Shown: piece after piece, positions 30,722-42,849 of the stretch
Numbering within the stretch: position 1 is the first letter of the stretch
Layout: each line of letters begins with the position of its first letter
Assembly: GCA_032718475.1 (NCBI GenBank)
Contig: JAUCBJ010004995.1
Coordinates: 1-47,931, forward strand
DNA length: 47,931 nucleotides
DNA from: Nemertoderma westbladi
Taxonomy: Eukaryota; Animalia; Xenacoelomorpha
Direction: 5' to 3'
Notes under the pieces: model-generated
The model's database searches: none
Told to the model about the DNA's origin: nothing
What the model saw: only the letters and a program-made list of their open reading frames with translations
Made by a program: the position numbers and the translations under genes

Positions 30722-33025
30722 GCATAGCCATTTTTCACTGGGCGGCACATATTCTTAATGCAAAGCAGGTTAGGAAATAATGGTTAAATTATTGAGAAAA
30801 TAAGGCTAGAATAATAGGACATAGCCATTAAATAAACTGACTAAACGGGCAAAGGTGTTAGTTAGGTCTGCGGTTAAAACTAACTGATGAATAAAGGTTA
30901 GGACAGCGGTTAAACTAACTGATGAATAAAGGTTAGGACAGCGGTTAAACTAACTGATGACCAAAGGTTAGGACAGCGGTTAAACTAACTGATGAACAAA
31001 GGATAGGACAGCTGTTAAAGTACCCGAGGAACAAAGGTTAGGGCAGCGGTTAAACTATCTGATGAACAAAGGTTAGGACAGCGGTTAAACTAACTGATGA
31101 ACAAAGGATAGGACAGCTGTTAAACTAACTGAGGAACAAAGGTTAGGGCAGCGGTTAAACTATCTGATGAACAAAGGTTAGGACAGCGGTTAAACTAACT
31201 GATGACCAAAGGTTAGGACAGCGGTTAAACTAACTGATGAACAAAGGATAGGACAGCTGTTAAACAAACTGAGGAACAAAGGTTAGGGCAGCGGTTAAAC
31301 TAACTGATGAATAAAGGTTGGGACAGCGGTTAAACTAACTGATGACCAAAGGTTAGGACAGCGGTTAAACTAACTGATGAATAAAGGTTGGGACAGCGGT
31401 TAAACTAACTGATGACCAAAGGTTAGGACAGCGGTTAAACTATGTGATGAACAAAGGTTAGGACAGCGGTTAAACTATGTGATGAACAAAGGTTAGGACA
31501 GCGGTTAAACTAACTGATGACCAAAGGTTAGGACAGCGGTTAAACTAACTGATGAACAAAGGTTAAGACAGCTGTTAAACTAACTGATGAACAAAGGATA
31601 GGACAGCGGTTAAAACTAACTGATGAATAAAGGTTGGGACAGCGGTTAAACTAACTGATGACCAAAGGTTAGGACAGCGGTTAAACTAACTGATGAATAA
31701 AGGTTGGGACAGCGGTTAAACTAACTGATGACCAAAGGTTAGGACAGCGGTTAAACTATGTGATGAACAAAGGTTAGGACAGCGGTTAAACTATGTGATG
31801 AACAAAGGTTAGGACAGCGGTTAAACTAACTGATGAATAAAGGAAAGGACAGCGGTTAAACTAACTGATGAATAAAGGTTAGGACAGCGGTTAAACTAAC
31901 TGATGAATAAAGGATAGGACAGCGGTTAAACTAACTGATGAACAAAGGATAGGACAGCTGTTAAACTAACTGATGAACAAAGGATAGGACAGCGGTTAAA
32001 CTAACTGATGAATAAAGGATAGGACAGCGGTTAAACTAACTGATGAACAAAGGATAGGACAGCTGTTAAACTAACTGAGGAACAAAGGTGAGGACAGCGG
32101 TTAAACTAACTGATGAACAAAGGATAGGACAGCTGTTAAACTAACAGAGAAACAAAGGTTAGGACAGCGGTTAAACTATGTGATGAACAAAGGTTAGGAC
32201 AGCGGTTAAACTAACTGATGAATAAAGGATAGGACAGCGGTTAAACTAACTGATGAATAAAGGTTAGGACAGCGGTTAAACTAACTGATGAATAAAGGAT
32301 AGGACAGCGGTTAAACTAACTGATGAATAAAGGTTAGGACAGCGGTTAAACTAACTGATGACCAAAGGTTAGGACAGCGGTTAAACTAACTGATGAACAA
32401 AGGATAGGACAGCTGTTAAACTAACTGAGGAACAAAGTTTAGGGCAGCGGTTAAACTAACTGATGACCAAAGGTTAGGACAGCGGTTAAATTAACTGATG
32501 AATAAAGGTTAGGGCAGCCGTTAAACTAACCTATGAACAAAGGTTAGGACAGCGGTTAAACTAACTGATGAATAAAGGTTAGGACAGCGGTTAAACTAAC
32601 TGATGAATAAAGGGTAGGACAGCGGTTAAACTAACTGAAGACCAAAGGATAGGACAGCGGTTAAACTAACTGATGAATAAAGGATAGGACAACGGTTAAA
32701 CTAACTGAGGAACAAAGGTTAGGACAGCAGTTAAACTAACTGAGGAACAAAGGTTAGGACAGCGGTTAAACTAACTGAGGAACAAAGGTTAGGACAGCGG
32801 TTAAACTAACTGAGGAACAAAGGTTAGGACGGCGGTTACACTAACAGAGTTTAGGATGTTGAGGAACAAAGTTTAGTACATAACGGTTAAACGAACTTTT
32901 TTAAATTTTTTTATCAGTATATCTTGTTTAAATTTTTGAAGGCATTCCTGACCTGACTGGGCGGCATATTAATTCAACTAGGCGGCAAAAGTGCCGCCCA
33001 GTGGCAATGTAAAACGAGGCTATGC
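30722..33025. mobile_element. Probable MITE enclosing the 35-bp array
   Basis: GCATAGCC...CACTGGGCGGCAC at 30722-30748 is inverted to GTGCCGCCCAGTG...GGCTATGC at 32991-33025, with extra CT(G/A)GGCGGCA motifs near the right end. TSD unclear. Confidence 0.5.
30870..32900. repeat. 35-bp minisatellite (~56 copies), related to the 37-bp array
   Basis: Unit AACTGATGAACAAAGGTTAGGACAGCGGTTAAACT. Confidence 0.95.
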
Positions 33026-33535
33026 AGGTAGCAGCGTAGCAGTGGAAACTATTCATCTAACTGCATAAATGAATTGCCAAATGGCCTACAAATGAACACA
33101 TGTTTATATTATTATCATTATATATATTATATCACATATTATATTGAGAGTATAAGGCCAGTGGAGCGTACATTATTGGCCTTCTTGGTTGCCTTTATGG
33201 GGTGATCCCCATAAAGTTGTTCCCTTAGGCTCTATAGGCCCTGGCTCACTGGAGGTGGATTGAAAGTCCACCTAGCAGCTTCCCCCCACCCCCCCCCCCC
33301 CCCAGCTATACTATCCCCTGTTCGTCCTATTGGATATTTTACTTCAAACCAACATTGCTAAATTCCCCCCCCCCCCCCCCCCCCCCCCATTTTGTTAGTT
33401 CAAAGCGCATAGCGGAGTAAATCCGCTAACAGACAGGCAAATTGCCCGTGTAGATCTACTGTAGTTGCCCGTCAGTCTCCTGCTGCTGCAAGTTTTTTTT
33501 ATTTCAGTTTAATTAAATGGCTGTAGTTATCTCAC

Positions 33536-33749
33536 CTCGTCAAGAAGGATAATCGGTGGGGATTTGAGTAAAGTTCTCGCTATAGCTACGCGTTGCTTCT
33601 CACCCCCAGATAATTTGAGTCCTCGCTCTCCAACAATCGTTTCATAACCTTGTGGAAATGTTTCGATTCTAGAATGTATATCTGCTGCCTTAGCAACACT
33701 CTCAATGTCATCATCACATGAAGAAATGTTGCCATAAAGTATGTTGTAT
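33536..33749 (-). CDS. ABCB6: ABCB6/HMT-1-like transporter exon (ABC signature and Walker B)
   Basis: ccttccag|A YNILYG...[34 protein letters not shown]|gtgag. Phase 2 in and phase 0 out, consistent with the neighbouring exons. Confidence 0.95.
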
Positions 33750-34703
33750 CTGGAAGGATGCATTTTATGTTAATAATTAGATGAAGTTTCTTCTTCGTTT
33801 GATTTTCGCATTATTTATTTTAAAATATTAATTTTTTCTAATAACTTTTGATCTGTCATGCCCCATTTGGATGTTGTCTAACTATGAGGTGAAGGCCTTT
33901 TGCCTGTAAGTAAGTCCCGAGTCATACATGCGTACACATTGCAGTCTATGGAGACGTTCACACATAAACAGTCTATTTTCAACATGCACTAGTCGTTCTA
34001 TTACTTGAAAGTTGAAAGCTGGCATCTCTACCATTTGGCGACCAATCAAAAGTAACAACTATTTTACCAACTGAATATTGCGCAACCCTTTTTCATTTTC
34101 TATTGCATTTCAATATTGCCAATTATTTTTTAAGAGCTGAAAATTGAATGTGTATTTATGTGTGAAGCGGCATAAGGGATCAGGTTATAGAGAACCAAAA
34201 GAACAATCAAAGTTAACCATATGTTGCTTAGGTGGCTAACCAATAAGAATAGAGAATTAACACGTCTTCCATCTGTCACGCCGTGCCTAGTTTGACTGCA
34301 TTCGTCAGGCATTTTACTATAATGATAATAATGATACTGTGGTAATGGTTTTATATGTGAGCTAACACCATCACGTATCCCCTTTGAAGTTGGTCTGCTT
34401 AATTTGTCATAGCCGGTCGTCCTTACTTTGTGCTGGTTGCCAGAAAAGTAGATCTGGTATGACCTCGTCTTTACCTCTCCGGCAGTGCCCACTGAATCTT
34501 AATCTGCGCACACGGGCAGTATTTGATACAGAAATAAAATCATAAATGTTACTACAGTATAATGATGGAAATTTTTTATATATATTCGTTTAGAATCACT
34601 GAGATATGATTGTTTTAAGTTAGGCCCCACTCCCCCCCACACTTCCATAATATAACTAACTTCGATATACTGTAACCATATAGACGAATAGGTTGCACAA
34701 TAA

Positions 34704-35063
34704 CGCCAGACAACCAGACACTAATCCAACCAGACACATAACATTGGAGGTGACTTATTGGTTCCCCCAAGCTTGAGACTAGAACAAAGTCGCTTCCGCT
34801 TTGCAGGACATTGCTTTCGCCGTGAGGACCAGCCACGTGCATAATCTTGTACTTTGGCAGCCTCATGGAGTGAATAAGCATGGTGGACAGCCCATGACTT
34901 TCTTGAGACGCATCTTAAAGGACACTGGCCTTGAAGATGCGGATGATCTAGCAAATGTCATGGGTGATAGGGAGTTGTGGCGGCGCAATTTTATAGACAA
35001 GCCGGCACAGCATTCTTAAAAATGCAGCTGCAATGCAGCATGCCGATCCTAGTAGTAGTAGTA
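34704..35063 (+). mobile_element. 5'-truncated RTE-clade LINE with (TAG)n tail and 12-bp TSD
   Basis: RFRFAGHCFRREDQ/HNLVLWQPHG...DRELWR C-terminus, tail TAGTAGTAGTAGTA, and TSD GTTGCACAATAA at 34692-34703 and 35064-35075. Confidence 0.85.
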
Positions 35064-35185
35064 GTTGCACAATAATAAATTTGCTACTCATACAAATTCC
35101 ATAAATTTTGTGATTCTTAATTGAGTACCGGTATAATTACACTTTGTCTCGTTAATTTAACTAAGCCTGTCTTTACTTTACTTAC

Positions 35186-35422
35186 CGTATGTTTTTGTGG
35201 AACAGAACCGTATCTTGGGGGACGACTCCTATAGAATGTCTCAATGACAGTTGGGTGACTTTACTAATGTCCTGACCATCGATCTGTATTGATCCGGATG
35301 TGACGTCATAAAATCGGAAGAGAAGTCGAATTATCGTAGATTTTCCGGAACCGGAAGGTCCCACAATGGCCACAGTGTGGCCGGAAGGTATAGTAAAGGT
35401 GATGTTCTTCAAAATCTCTTTT
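35186..35422 (-). CDS. ABCB6: ABCB6/HMT-1-like transporter exon (Walker A, Q-loop)
   Basis: tcatcag|[44 protein letters not shown]...[17 protein letters not shown]|gtaag. GPSG, RFYDV and RTLLK..LLDE favour ABCB6 over ABCB7. Upstream exons were not found in the window. Confidence 0.93.
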
Positions 35423-35494
35423 CTGATGAATAAATATAAAAGGGTGTTTATATAGTGGGGGAGGGTGTGTGTGTTTGTAGTCGTACTGTAGGTT

Positions 35495-35605
35495 TATGGT
35501 GCGTTAGGTCCTGACGCTTTAGGTCCTGGTAGCTTTAGGTCCGATGTATTAAGTCCTGGTAGCATTAGGTCCGTGTATTTAGGTCAGTAGGTCCAGTCTG
35601 CTTCC
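35495..35605 (-). mobile_element. Solo transposon end carrying inverted GGACCTAA.. repeats (same family as the 46.2-47.9 kb satellite)
   Basis: About 6 units such as GTAGCTTTAGGTCC and GTAGCATTAGGTCC, ending ...GTCTGCTTCC. Confidence 0.6.
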
Positions 35606-35783
35606 AAACCCAGGCAGGTTAGTAAAGGAGCAGGTTACAGAGCCGAGTTGACCCTAACCATAACCCACACCAAATTGAGAATTCGAAGGGAGAATTGGAG
35701 CCCTGAAAGCACTCCGCCATCCAAAAAATCAATATGTCACCTTAAACAGTTATTAGCCAAAAAATTGGAAACAATTAACACCC

Positions 35784-36378
35784 CACGGCTGCACCAAAAC
35801 CCAGTAACTGAAATTTGTTAAAAATTTTTTTATTTGACCTTTGGGGTTTTCGAGGGTGTAGAATTCATCTGTGAAAGTCTCAAAGTCCCATGATGAAGAT
35901 ATCACTGTTCCAAAACCCCAGTTAACTACGTTATTTATATTACATTTCACGGAATACCATTACAAAACACATCAACTTTCTCTTACTCGGTTTCAAATTT
36001 AAGATTGAATATTTCACTGTAACTTTTTTAACTTTCTAAACCAGTATCTTCAACAAACATGGTACAGCCTAATTATTCACCACATCAAAACCAAGTAGAT
36101 GCCAGATTGTGTAGTTACTGGGTTTCTAGTAACATTTACTGGGTTATGGGATCAATAAACATGGTAAAGCCTAATTATTCACCACATCAAAACCAAGTAG
36201 ATGGAAAATTGTTTAGTTACTGGGTTTATAGTAAACATTTACTGGGTTTTGGGAAATTAATAATTATCATTTTTGTACTTTAGGTCGTAGATACACCGTT
36301 ATGTATGGAAAACTTTAACTGCGATTTTCTAAAAATGAAGTTTTTTCACTTACTGGGTTTCGGCATGGAGCAGCCGCC
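35784..36378. mobile_element. MITE with AAACCCAGTAA subterminal motifs and an internal 102-bp tandem duplication
   Basis: CGGCTGCACCAAAACCCAGTAA (35786) is inverted to TTACTGGGTTTCGGCATGGAGCAGCCG (36350-36376). TTACTGGGTT is repeated five times, and 36055/36157 are duplicated. Confidence 0.6.
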
Positions 36379-36838
36379 CAGCTTGTAAGCTACAAAGGTC
36401 AAGCTTACAAGCAGGGAGCCTTGCCAATAGAACCAAAATGAAGTCACATGACCGCGCAATCTACTACATATTATTGTAGAACTATTGTGTTTAGTATATT
36501 TATTGGTGCAGTGCATTGTAATTACATAACTACATGGCGACAACATCCTAATATTATGTTGCCGCCAACAGATGGAGAGAGAGAGATTAATTAAAGACAC
36601 CACCACAGTAGCCAATAGCAATAGCAAAACACTATCCTGACAGTGATAGGCCAGGATAAAAACAAGCGGGTCCCGGAAGGAACATTGACTGAATGATTCC
36701 ATGGAGGGAAATTTAAATGTAATAGTTGACTACTATCGCCAGTTGAATTAGACACTAACACATTTAGGCAGTTAGGTATTTGTATTATAACAATAAATGT
36801 ATTTCAGTGTTATTGTCATCGACAACTTTTAATATTGA

Positions 36839-37072
36839 ATGGAAGACTCATCCACATCCTGTAGTATTTGTGACAAATTATTTTCATGTGTCGGTAATTT
36901 AAACAAACTTCGTAAAACTCTTCACGATCAAGAAGTTGTTACCGTTAGAGGTCGTAAGAGGAAATGCGAAGGAAGCGAAGATGACTCGTCGCCATCGGCA
37001 GTAATAGACTGCATGGTGTGTGGTACCACGTCCACCAAGAAGAGTAACTTATATGTACATCAACGAACGTAA
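36839..37072 (+). pseudogene. C2H2 zinc-finger ORF remnant (probable N-terminus of the element's protein)
   Basis: CSICDKLFSCVGNLNKLRKTLH and CMVCGTTSTKKSNLYVHQRT*, with an RGRKRK NLS-like linker. The ATG is 55 bp inside the TIR. Confidence 0.6.
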
Positions 37073-37312
37073 CCGTCAGGGTTGATTAGTTGCTTGAGAT
37101 CTTCTTCATCAAAGTCGGCGAACGCCAAACGCCAGTATCCCGTATCCGTCAATTAGTCTTCCGGTCTTCCTATCTGTACGTCCGTCGTAGGATAGTGATG
37201 ATATTGCGGATGATATATATTATAAACTTTCGCCTGGAAACATGGCGTTAAATAAAAATAATAAATATTAATATGAACATATAGTGATCATAATATATAT
37301 AGCGCATTTATT

Positions 37313-39581
37313 GATGGGATGGGATGGGATGGGATGGGATGGGATGGGATGGGATGGGATGGGATGGGATGGGATGGGATGGGATGGGATGGGATGGGAT
37401 GGGATGGGATGGGATGGGATGGGATGGGATGGGATGGGATGGGATGGGATGGGATGGGATGGGATGGGATGGGATGGGATGGGATGGGATGGGATGGGAT
37501 GGGATGGGATGGGATGGGATGGGATGGGATGGGATGGGATGGGATGGGATGGGATGGGATGGGATGGGATGGGATGGGATGGGATGGGATGGGATGGGAT
37601 GGGATGGGATGGGATGGGATGGGATGGGATGGGATGGGATGGGATGGGATGGGATGGGATGGGATGGGATGGGATGGGATGGGATGGGATGGGATGGGAT
37701 GGGATGGGATGGGATGGGATGGGATGGGATGGGATGGGATGGGATGGGATGGGATGGGATGGGATGGGATGGGATGGGATGGGATGGGATGGGATGGGAT
37801 GGGATGGGATGGGATGGGATGGGATGGGATGGGATGGGATGGGATGGGATGGGATGGGATGGGATGGGATGGGATGGGATGGGATGGGATGGGATGGGAT
37901 GGGATGGGATGGGATGGGATGGGATGGGATGGGATGGGATGGGATGGGATGGGATGGGATGGGATGGGATGGGATGGGATGGGATGGGATGGGATGGGAT
38001 GGGATGGGATGGGATGGGATGGGATGGGATGGGATGGGATGGGATGGGATGGGATGGGATGGGATGGGATGGGATGGGATGGGATGGGATGGGATGGGAT
38101 GGGATGGGATGGGATGGGATGGGATGGGATGGGATGGGATGGGATGGGATGGGATGGGATGGGATGGGATGGGATGGGATGGGATGGGATGGGATGGGAT
38201 GGGATGGGATGGGATGGGATGGGATGGGATGGGATGGGATGGGATGGGATGGGATGGGATGGGATGGGATGGGATGGGATGGGATGGGATGGGATGGGAT
38301 GGGATGGGATGGGATGGGATGGGATGGGATGGGATGGGATGGGATGGGATGGGATGGGATGGGATGGGATGGGATGGGATGGGATGGGATGGGATGGGAT
38401 GGGATGGGATGGGATGGGATGGGATGGGATGGGATGGGATGGGATGGGATGGGATGGGATGGGATGGGATGGGATGGGATGGGATGGGATGGGATGGGAT
38501 GGGATGGGATGGGATGGGATGGGATGGGATGGGATGGGATGGGATGGGATGGGATGGGATGGGATGGGATGGGATGGGATGGGATGGGATGGGATGGGAT
38601 GGGATGGGATGGGATGGGATGGGATGGGATGGGATGGGATGGGATGGGATGGGATGGGATGGGATGGGATGGGATGGGATGGGATGGGATGGGATGGGAT
38701 GGGATGGGATGGGATGGGATGGGATGGGATGGGATGGGATGGGATGGGATGGGATGGGATGGGATGGGATGGGATGGGATGGGATGGGATGGGATGGGAT
38801 GGGATGGGATGGGATGGGATGGGATGGGATGGGATGGGATGGGATGGGATGGGATGGGATGGGATGGGATGGGATGGGATGGGATGGGATGGGATGGGAT
38901 GGGATGGGATGGGATGGGATGGGATGGGATGGGATGGGATGGGATGGGATGGGATGGGATGGGATGGGATGGGATGGGATGGGATGGGATGGGATGGGAT
39001 GGGATGGGATGGGATGGGATGGGATGGGATGGGATGGGATGGGATGGGATGGGATGGGATGGGATGGGATGGGATGGGATGGGATGGGATGGGATGGGAT
39101 GGGATGGGATGGGATGGGATGGGATGGGATGGGATGGGATGGGATGGGATGGGATGTGGGATGGGATGGGATGGGATGGGATGGGATGGGATGGGATGGG
39201 ATGGGATGGGAGGGATGGGATGGGATGGGATGGGATGGGATGGGATGGGATGGGATGGGATGGGATGGGATGGGATGGGATGGGATGGGATGGGATGGGA
39301 TGGGATGGGATGGGATGGGATGGGATGGGATGGGATGGGATGGGATGGGATGGGATGGGATGGGATGGGATGGGATGGGATGGGATGGGATGGGATGGGA
39401 TGGGATGGGATGGGATGGGATGGGATGGGATGGGATGGGATGGGATGGGATGGGATGGGATGGGATGGGATGGGATGGGATGGGATGGGATGGGATGGGA
39501 TGGGATGGGATGGGATGGGATGGGATGGGATGGGATGGGATGGGATGGGATGGGATGGGATGGGATGGGATGGGATGGGAT
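37313..39581 (+). repeat. (GGGAT)n microsatellite, ~450 copies, G-quadruplex-competent
   Basis: Almost perfect, with only two interruptions (~39155, ~39211). Followed by (ATGAT)3 and a 43-bp tandem duplication (39601/39644). Confidence 0.98.
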
Positions 39582-40448
39582 ATGATATGATATGATATAA
39601 GTAATCTTTAACGATCAACTGCTACTCCTAATTTATGATATAAGTAATCTTTAACGATCAACTGCTACTCCTAATTTATGTTCACCAAATATATGGTAAA
39701 TATTTACACTTAGTATTTAGACATTTTAGACCGCTTATATATCTCTGGTTATTTTTGGTAAAATTTAGACCGGTTTTCAGAATCGGAATCTGCAGATGAA
39801 GGCAGTTCTCATGATATCTAGATTACATTCCAAAGACGACAAATAAAGTATAAATAAATCAATACAAATAAAGACGGCAAATATTGCCATTGAACTACCT
39901 TCATACCAAATTTAGTAGCATATGATTGGAATTTGAAAAACATTAGTAGGGGGTGGGGGGGGGGGGGGGGGGATTAGTCACTTATATTAGTCACTTAATC
40001 TTGAGGTCAAGGGTTCTAATCCCAGAAAAAGAAAAGTAATTTATTTTTTTTAATTATTTTTTCCGATTAAACAAAAGATTAATAAGATGATTATTATTAT
40101 ATATTACAAATACCTAACTGCCTAAATGTGTTAGTGTCTAATTCAACTGGCGATAGTAGTCAACTATTACATTTAAATTTCCCTCCATGGAATCATTCAG
40201 TCAATGTTCCTTCCGGGACCCGCTTGTGGATAAAACCTATTAGCCTTCTCTCTCCTTCTAATGTTATGTTATAGCAATGTAACCACAATTTGTACTAATT
40301 TATACATGTAGGCCTAGGCTATATACTGGTAGGTATTTGACTAATTCAGTACATGTACCGGACCAGTATGCAGTACTGGACCGGCTGACCGGTAGCTGTA
40401 AATTACTTTGCTGGAAATTTTATTTTAAACCGACCATCTGGGAGGGTG

Positions 40449-42849
40449 TACTCAGATTTTCACGCAGAGAGAAGGCTTACAAACAAGGGTTACACCTATA
40501 ACACCAGTTCTAACAGAAATGGGTACTTACTTTTAGACCTAATGGAAGAATGTGAATTGATACCAACAAACAACACATTCGAAAAGAGTAAGGGGAAGCT
40601 ATGGACCTTTCAATACCCTAATGGAACCAAAGCACAACTGGATTACATCCTTATAAACCAAAAGTGGAGAAACAGCATGATCAACTGCGAGGCATACAGC
40701 TCGTTCAACCTAATTGGTTCGGACCACAGAATTGTGACTGCAGAGATCAGACTCAGTTTGAGAGCCATCAAACCCAGGACAAGCAAGCAAATCAAATATG
40801 ACTGGGAGAAACTCAGAACTGACAATGCTGTAAAGGATGCTTATACAGTAGAAGTTCAAAACCGCTTTGAAGCACTTCAGTCAATGGATGAAGACCAATC
40901 CACCAATTCAATATACCAGAATATAATAACAGCCCACAAGGAATCAGCTAAGAGGCATATCCCCCAGAAACCCAAACGAAAACAGTATGTGCCATGGTAA
41001 AACTCTGAGGTTACTTGTAAGAGAGAAGATCTTAAGATAGCCTACAAAGTTAAAACCGAACAACCAACAACCGCAAAAACATTAACAAGGTTGAGAAAGC
41101 TAAGGACGATCTTAAATTGGCCTACAACATCAGCCAGGAAAAGTACATACAGGATAAAACTGAAGCAATTACAACTGCTCACATACAGCAACAATCAAGA
41201 CTTACCTGGCAAACTGTAAATGAGGTATCTGTTCGGAAAAGTTGTGCAAAGGGGCGCCTCAAAGCCGATAGTCCTGAAGAACGTGTTGGGAAGTGGAAAA
41301 ATCACTTCAGCAACTTGCTTGGGCAGCCACCAAACATCGAGGTCAGCCCTACAAGGAAAATATATGACAAGACACTACCTATAGAAACAGGGGACTTCAC
41401 ACCTGCCAAACTCCATAGAAGCATTAAAAGCATGTCCAATAATAAAGCGAGGTATGGAAAACCGGAGTGCTAAACAGACCATTATTGAATGCTTGCAACC
41501 GGATGTTAAAAGGGGAAAAGCCACCACCAATTTGGACTAAAGGTCAACTAAAGCCACTCCCCAAGAAAGGATACCTCGGCATACCAACAAACTATCGTGG
41601 GATCTGTCTGCTTGTGGTAGCTACCAAAATATACAATAAAATGATTCTATATAGGATTAGGCCTCACATAGAGAAACTATGCGTAAGAGCCAAAACGGAT
41701 TTCGACCAAGTAGATCAACAATAGCTCAGATACTTGCACTACAGAGACTGATTGAAGGAATTAAGTCAAAGAATCTCCCCGCAATCATGACTTTTGTGGA
41801 CTTCAAGAAGGCATTCGACTCCATCCATATAGGTAAAATGCTTGAAATCCTAAGACCTTATGGAATACCAGAAGTAATTGTTGCTGGCATTGGATTGTTA
41901 TATTGTGGCACAGAAGCGCAGGTACTCTCACCAGATGGTGAAACTGAGTTTTTCTCAATCCTGGCTGGCGTACTGCAAGGTGACACATTAGCACCATTAC
42001 TATTTGTAATTGTGCTGGATTACGCAATGAGGACGGCCACAAAGGGTGAAGATCTGGGATTCACACTTCAAGAACGCAGAAGTAGTAGATATCCGGCAAC
42101 TACAGTCACAGACACAGACTTTGCGGATGACATCGCCCTGCTCTCTAATACGCTAGCAGATGCACAGCTTCTACTAAATAAAGTTGGATTTCATATAAAT
42201 GCTATAAAGACCGAATTCATGACCTTTAATGTTGATGGAAACTTGACAACCATTGATAATAATCAACTAAGGAAGGTCGATTACTTCCATTACCTTGGAT
42301 CATGGATAGAGAGTAGCAAAAAGGACATAGAAGTTAGGAAAGCAAAGGCTTGGGTAGCTCTATCAAAAATGGATACCATCTGGAAATCAGATCTCTCCAG
42401 GCACCTGAAGACTAAGTTCTTTCTAGCCACAGTGGAAAGTGTCTTTTTATACGGGGGTGAGACCTGGACACTGACTACATCACTTGAACAACGAATTGAT
42501 GGTTGCTACACAAGACTACTAAGGGCAGCCCTAAACATCAGCTGGAGACAACACATGACAAACGCCGAGCTTTATGGTACAATACCACCTGTATCAACCA
42601 CCTTCCGTGAATGCAGATTAAGATTCAGTGGGCACTGCTGGAGAAGTAAAGACGAGGTCATACCAGATCTACTTCTCTGGCAACCAACTCATAAAAGCGT
42701 AGTCGTGGACGACCGGCCATAACATATATAGATCAACTTGAAAGGGATACTGAACTTGGGAGAAACGAAATTGCGACAACTATGGAGAATCGGGAAGCCT
42801 GGAAGGATCTCATTTCCACTGTCCGAGTTCACTCGACGTAGTAGTAGTA
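40449..42849 (+). mobile_element. 5'-truncated RTE-clade LINE (APE C-terminus plus RT), disrupted, (AGT)n tail
   Basis: AQLDYILINQKWRNS..SDHRIV (APE); NYRGICLL, QNGFRPSRST, FVDFKKAFDSI, GVLQGDTLAP, DFADDIALL, YLGS, LYGGETWT, RLRFSGHCWR. Tail AGTAGTAGTA. Candidate TSD GGAGGGTG (40441) / GGAAGGTG (42850). Confidence 0.9.

Larger units (their letters stand above)
36662..40227 (+). mobile_element. Young non-autonomous DNA transposon with 123-bp perfect TIRs and 8-bp TSD (Zisupton-like candidate)
   Basis: TIR ACAAGCGGGTCCCGGAAGGAACATTG...GGTATTTGTA at 36662-36784 is mirrored at 40105-40227. Exact TSD GGATAAAA at 36654-36661 and 40228-40235. Confidence 0.9.

Noticed and set aside
27486-32900. CRISPR-like appearance of the 35-39-bp repeats
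   Set aside because: Units are head-to-tail with no unique spacers, no cas genes are present, and the context is a eukaryotic intron.
34130-34492. 120-aa minus-strand ORF, weakly like an RTE endonuclease fragment (YQIYFSG)
   Set aside because: Too degenerate to support, and it does not fit the ABCB6 exon chain.
33527-35412. ABCB7/Atm1 or bacterial ABC assignment, or stand-alone small ORFs
   Set aside because: GT-AG exons with matching phases form one eukaryotic gene, and the residues fit ABCB6/HMT-1 better.
37313-39581. Interstitial telomere
   Set aside because: GGGAT is not a known animal telomere unit, and the tract sits within a TIR element with an intact TSD.
37284-39618. 750-776-aa MGWDG / IPSHP repeat ORFs
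   Set aside because: They are translations of a stop-free (GGGAT)n microsatellite, with no coding evidence.
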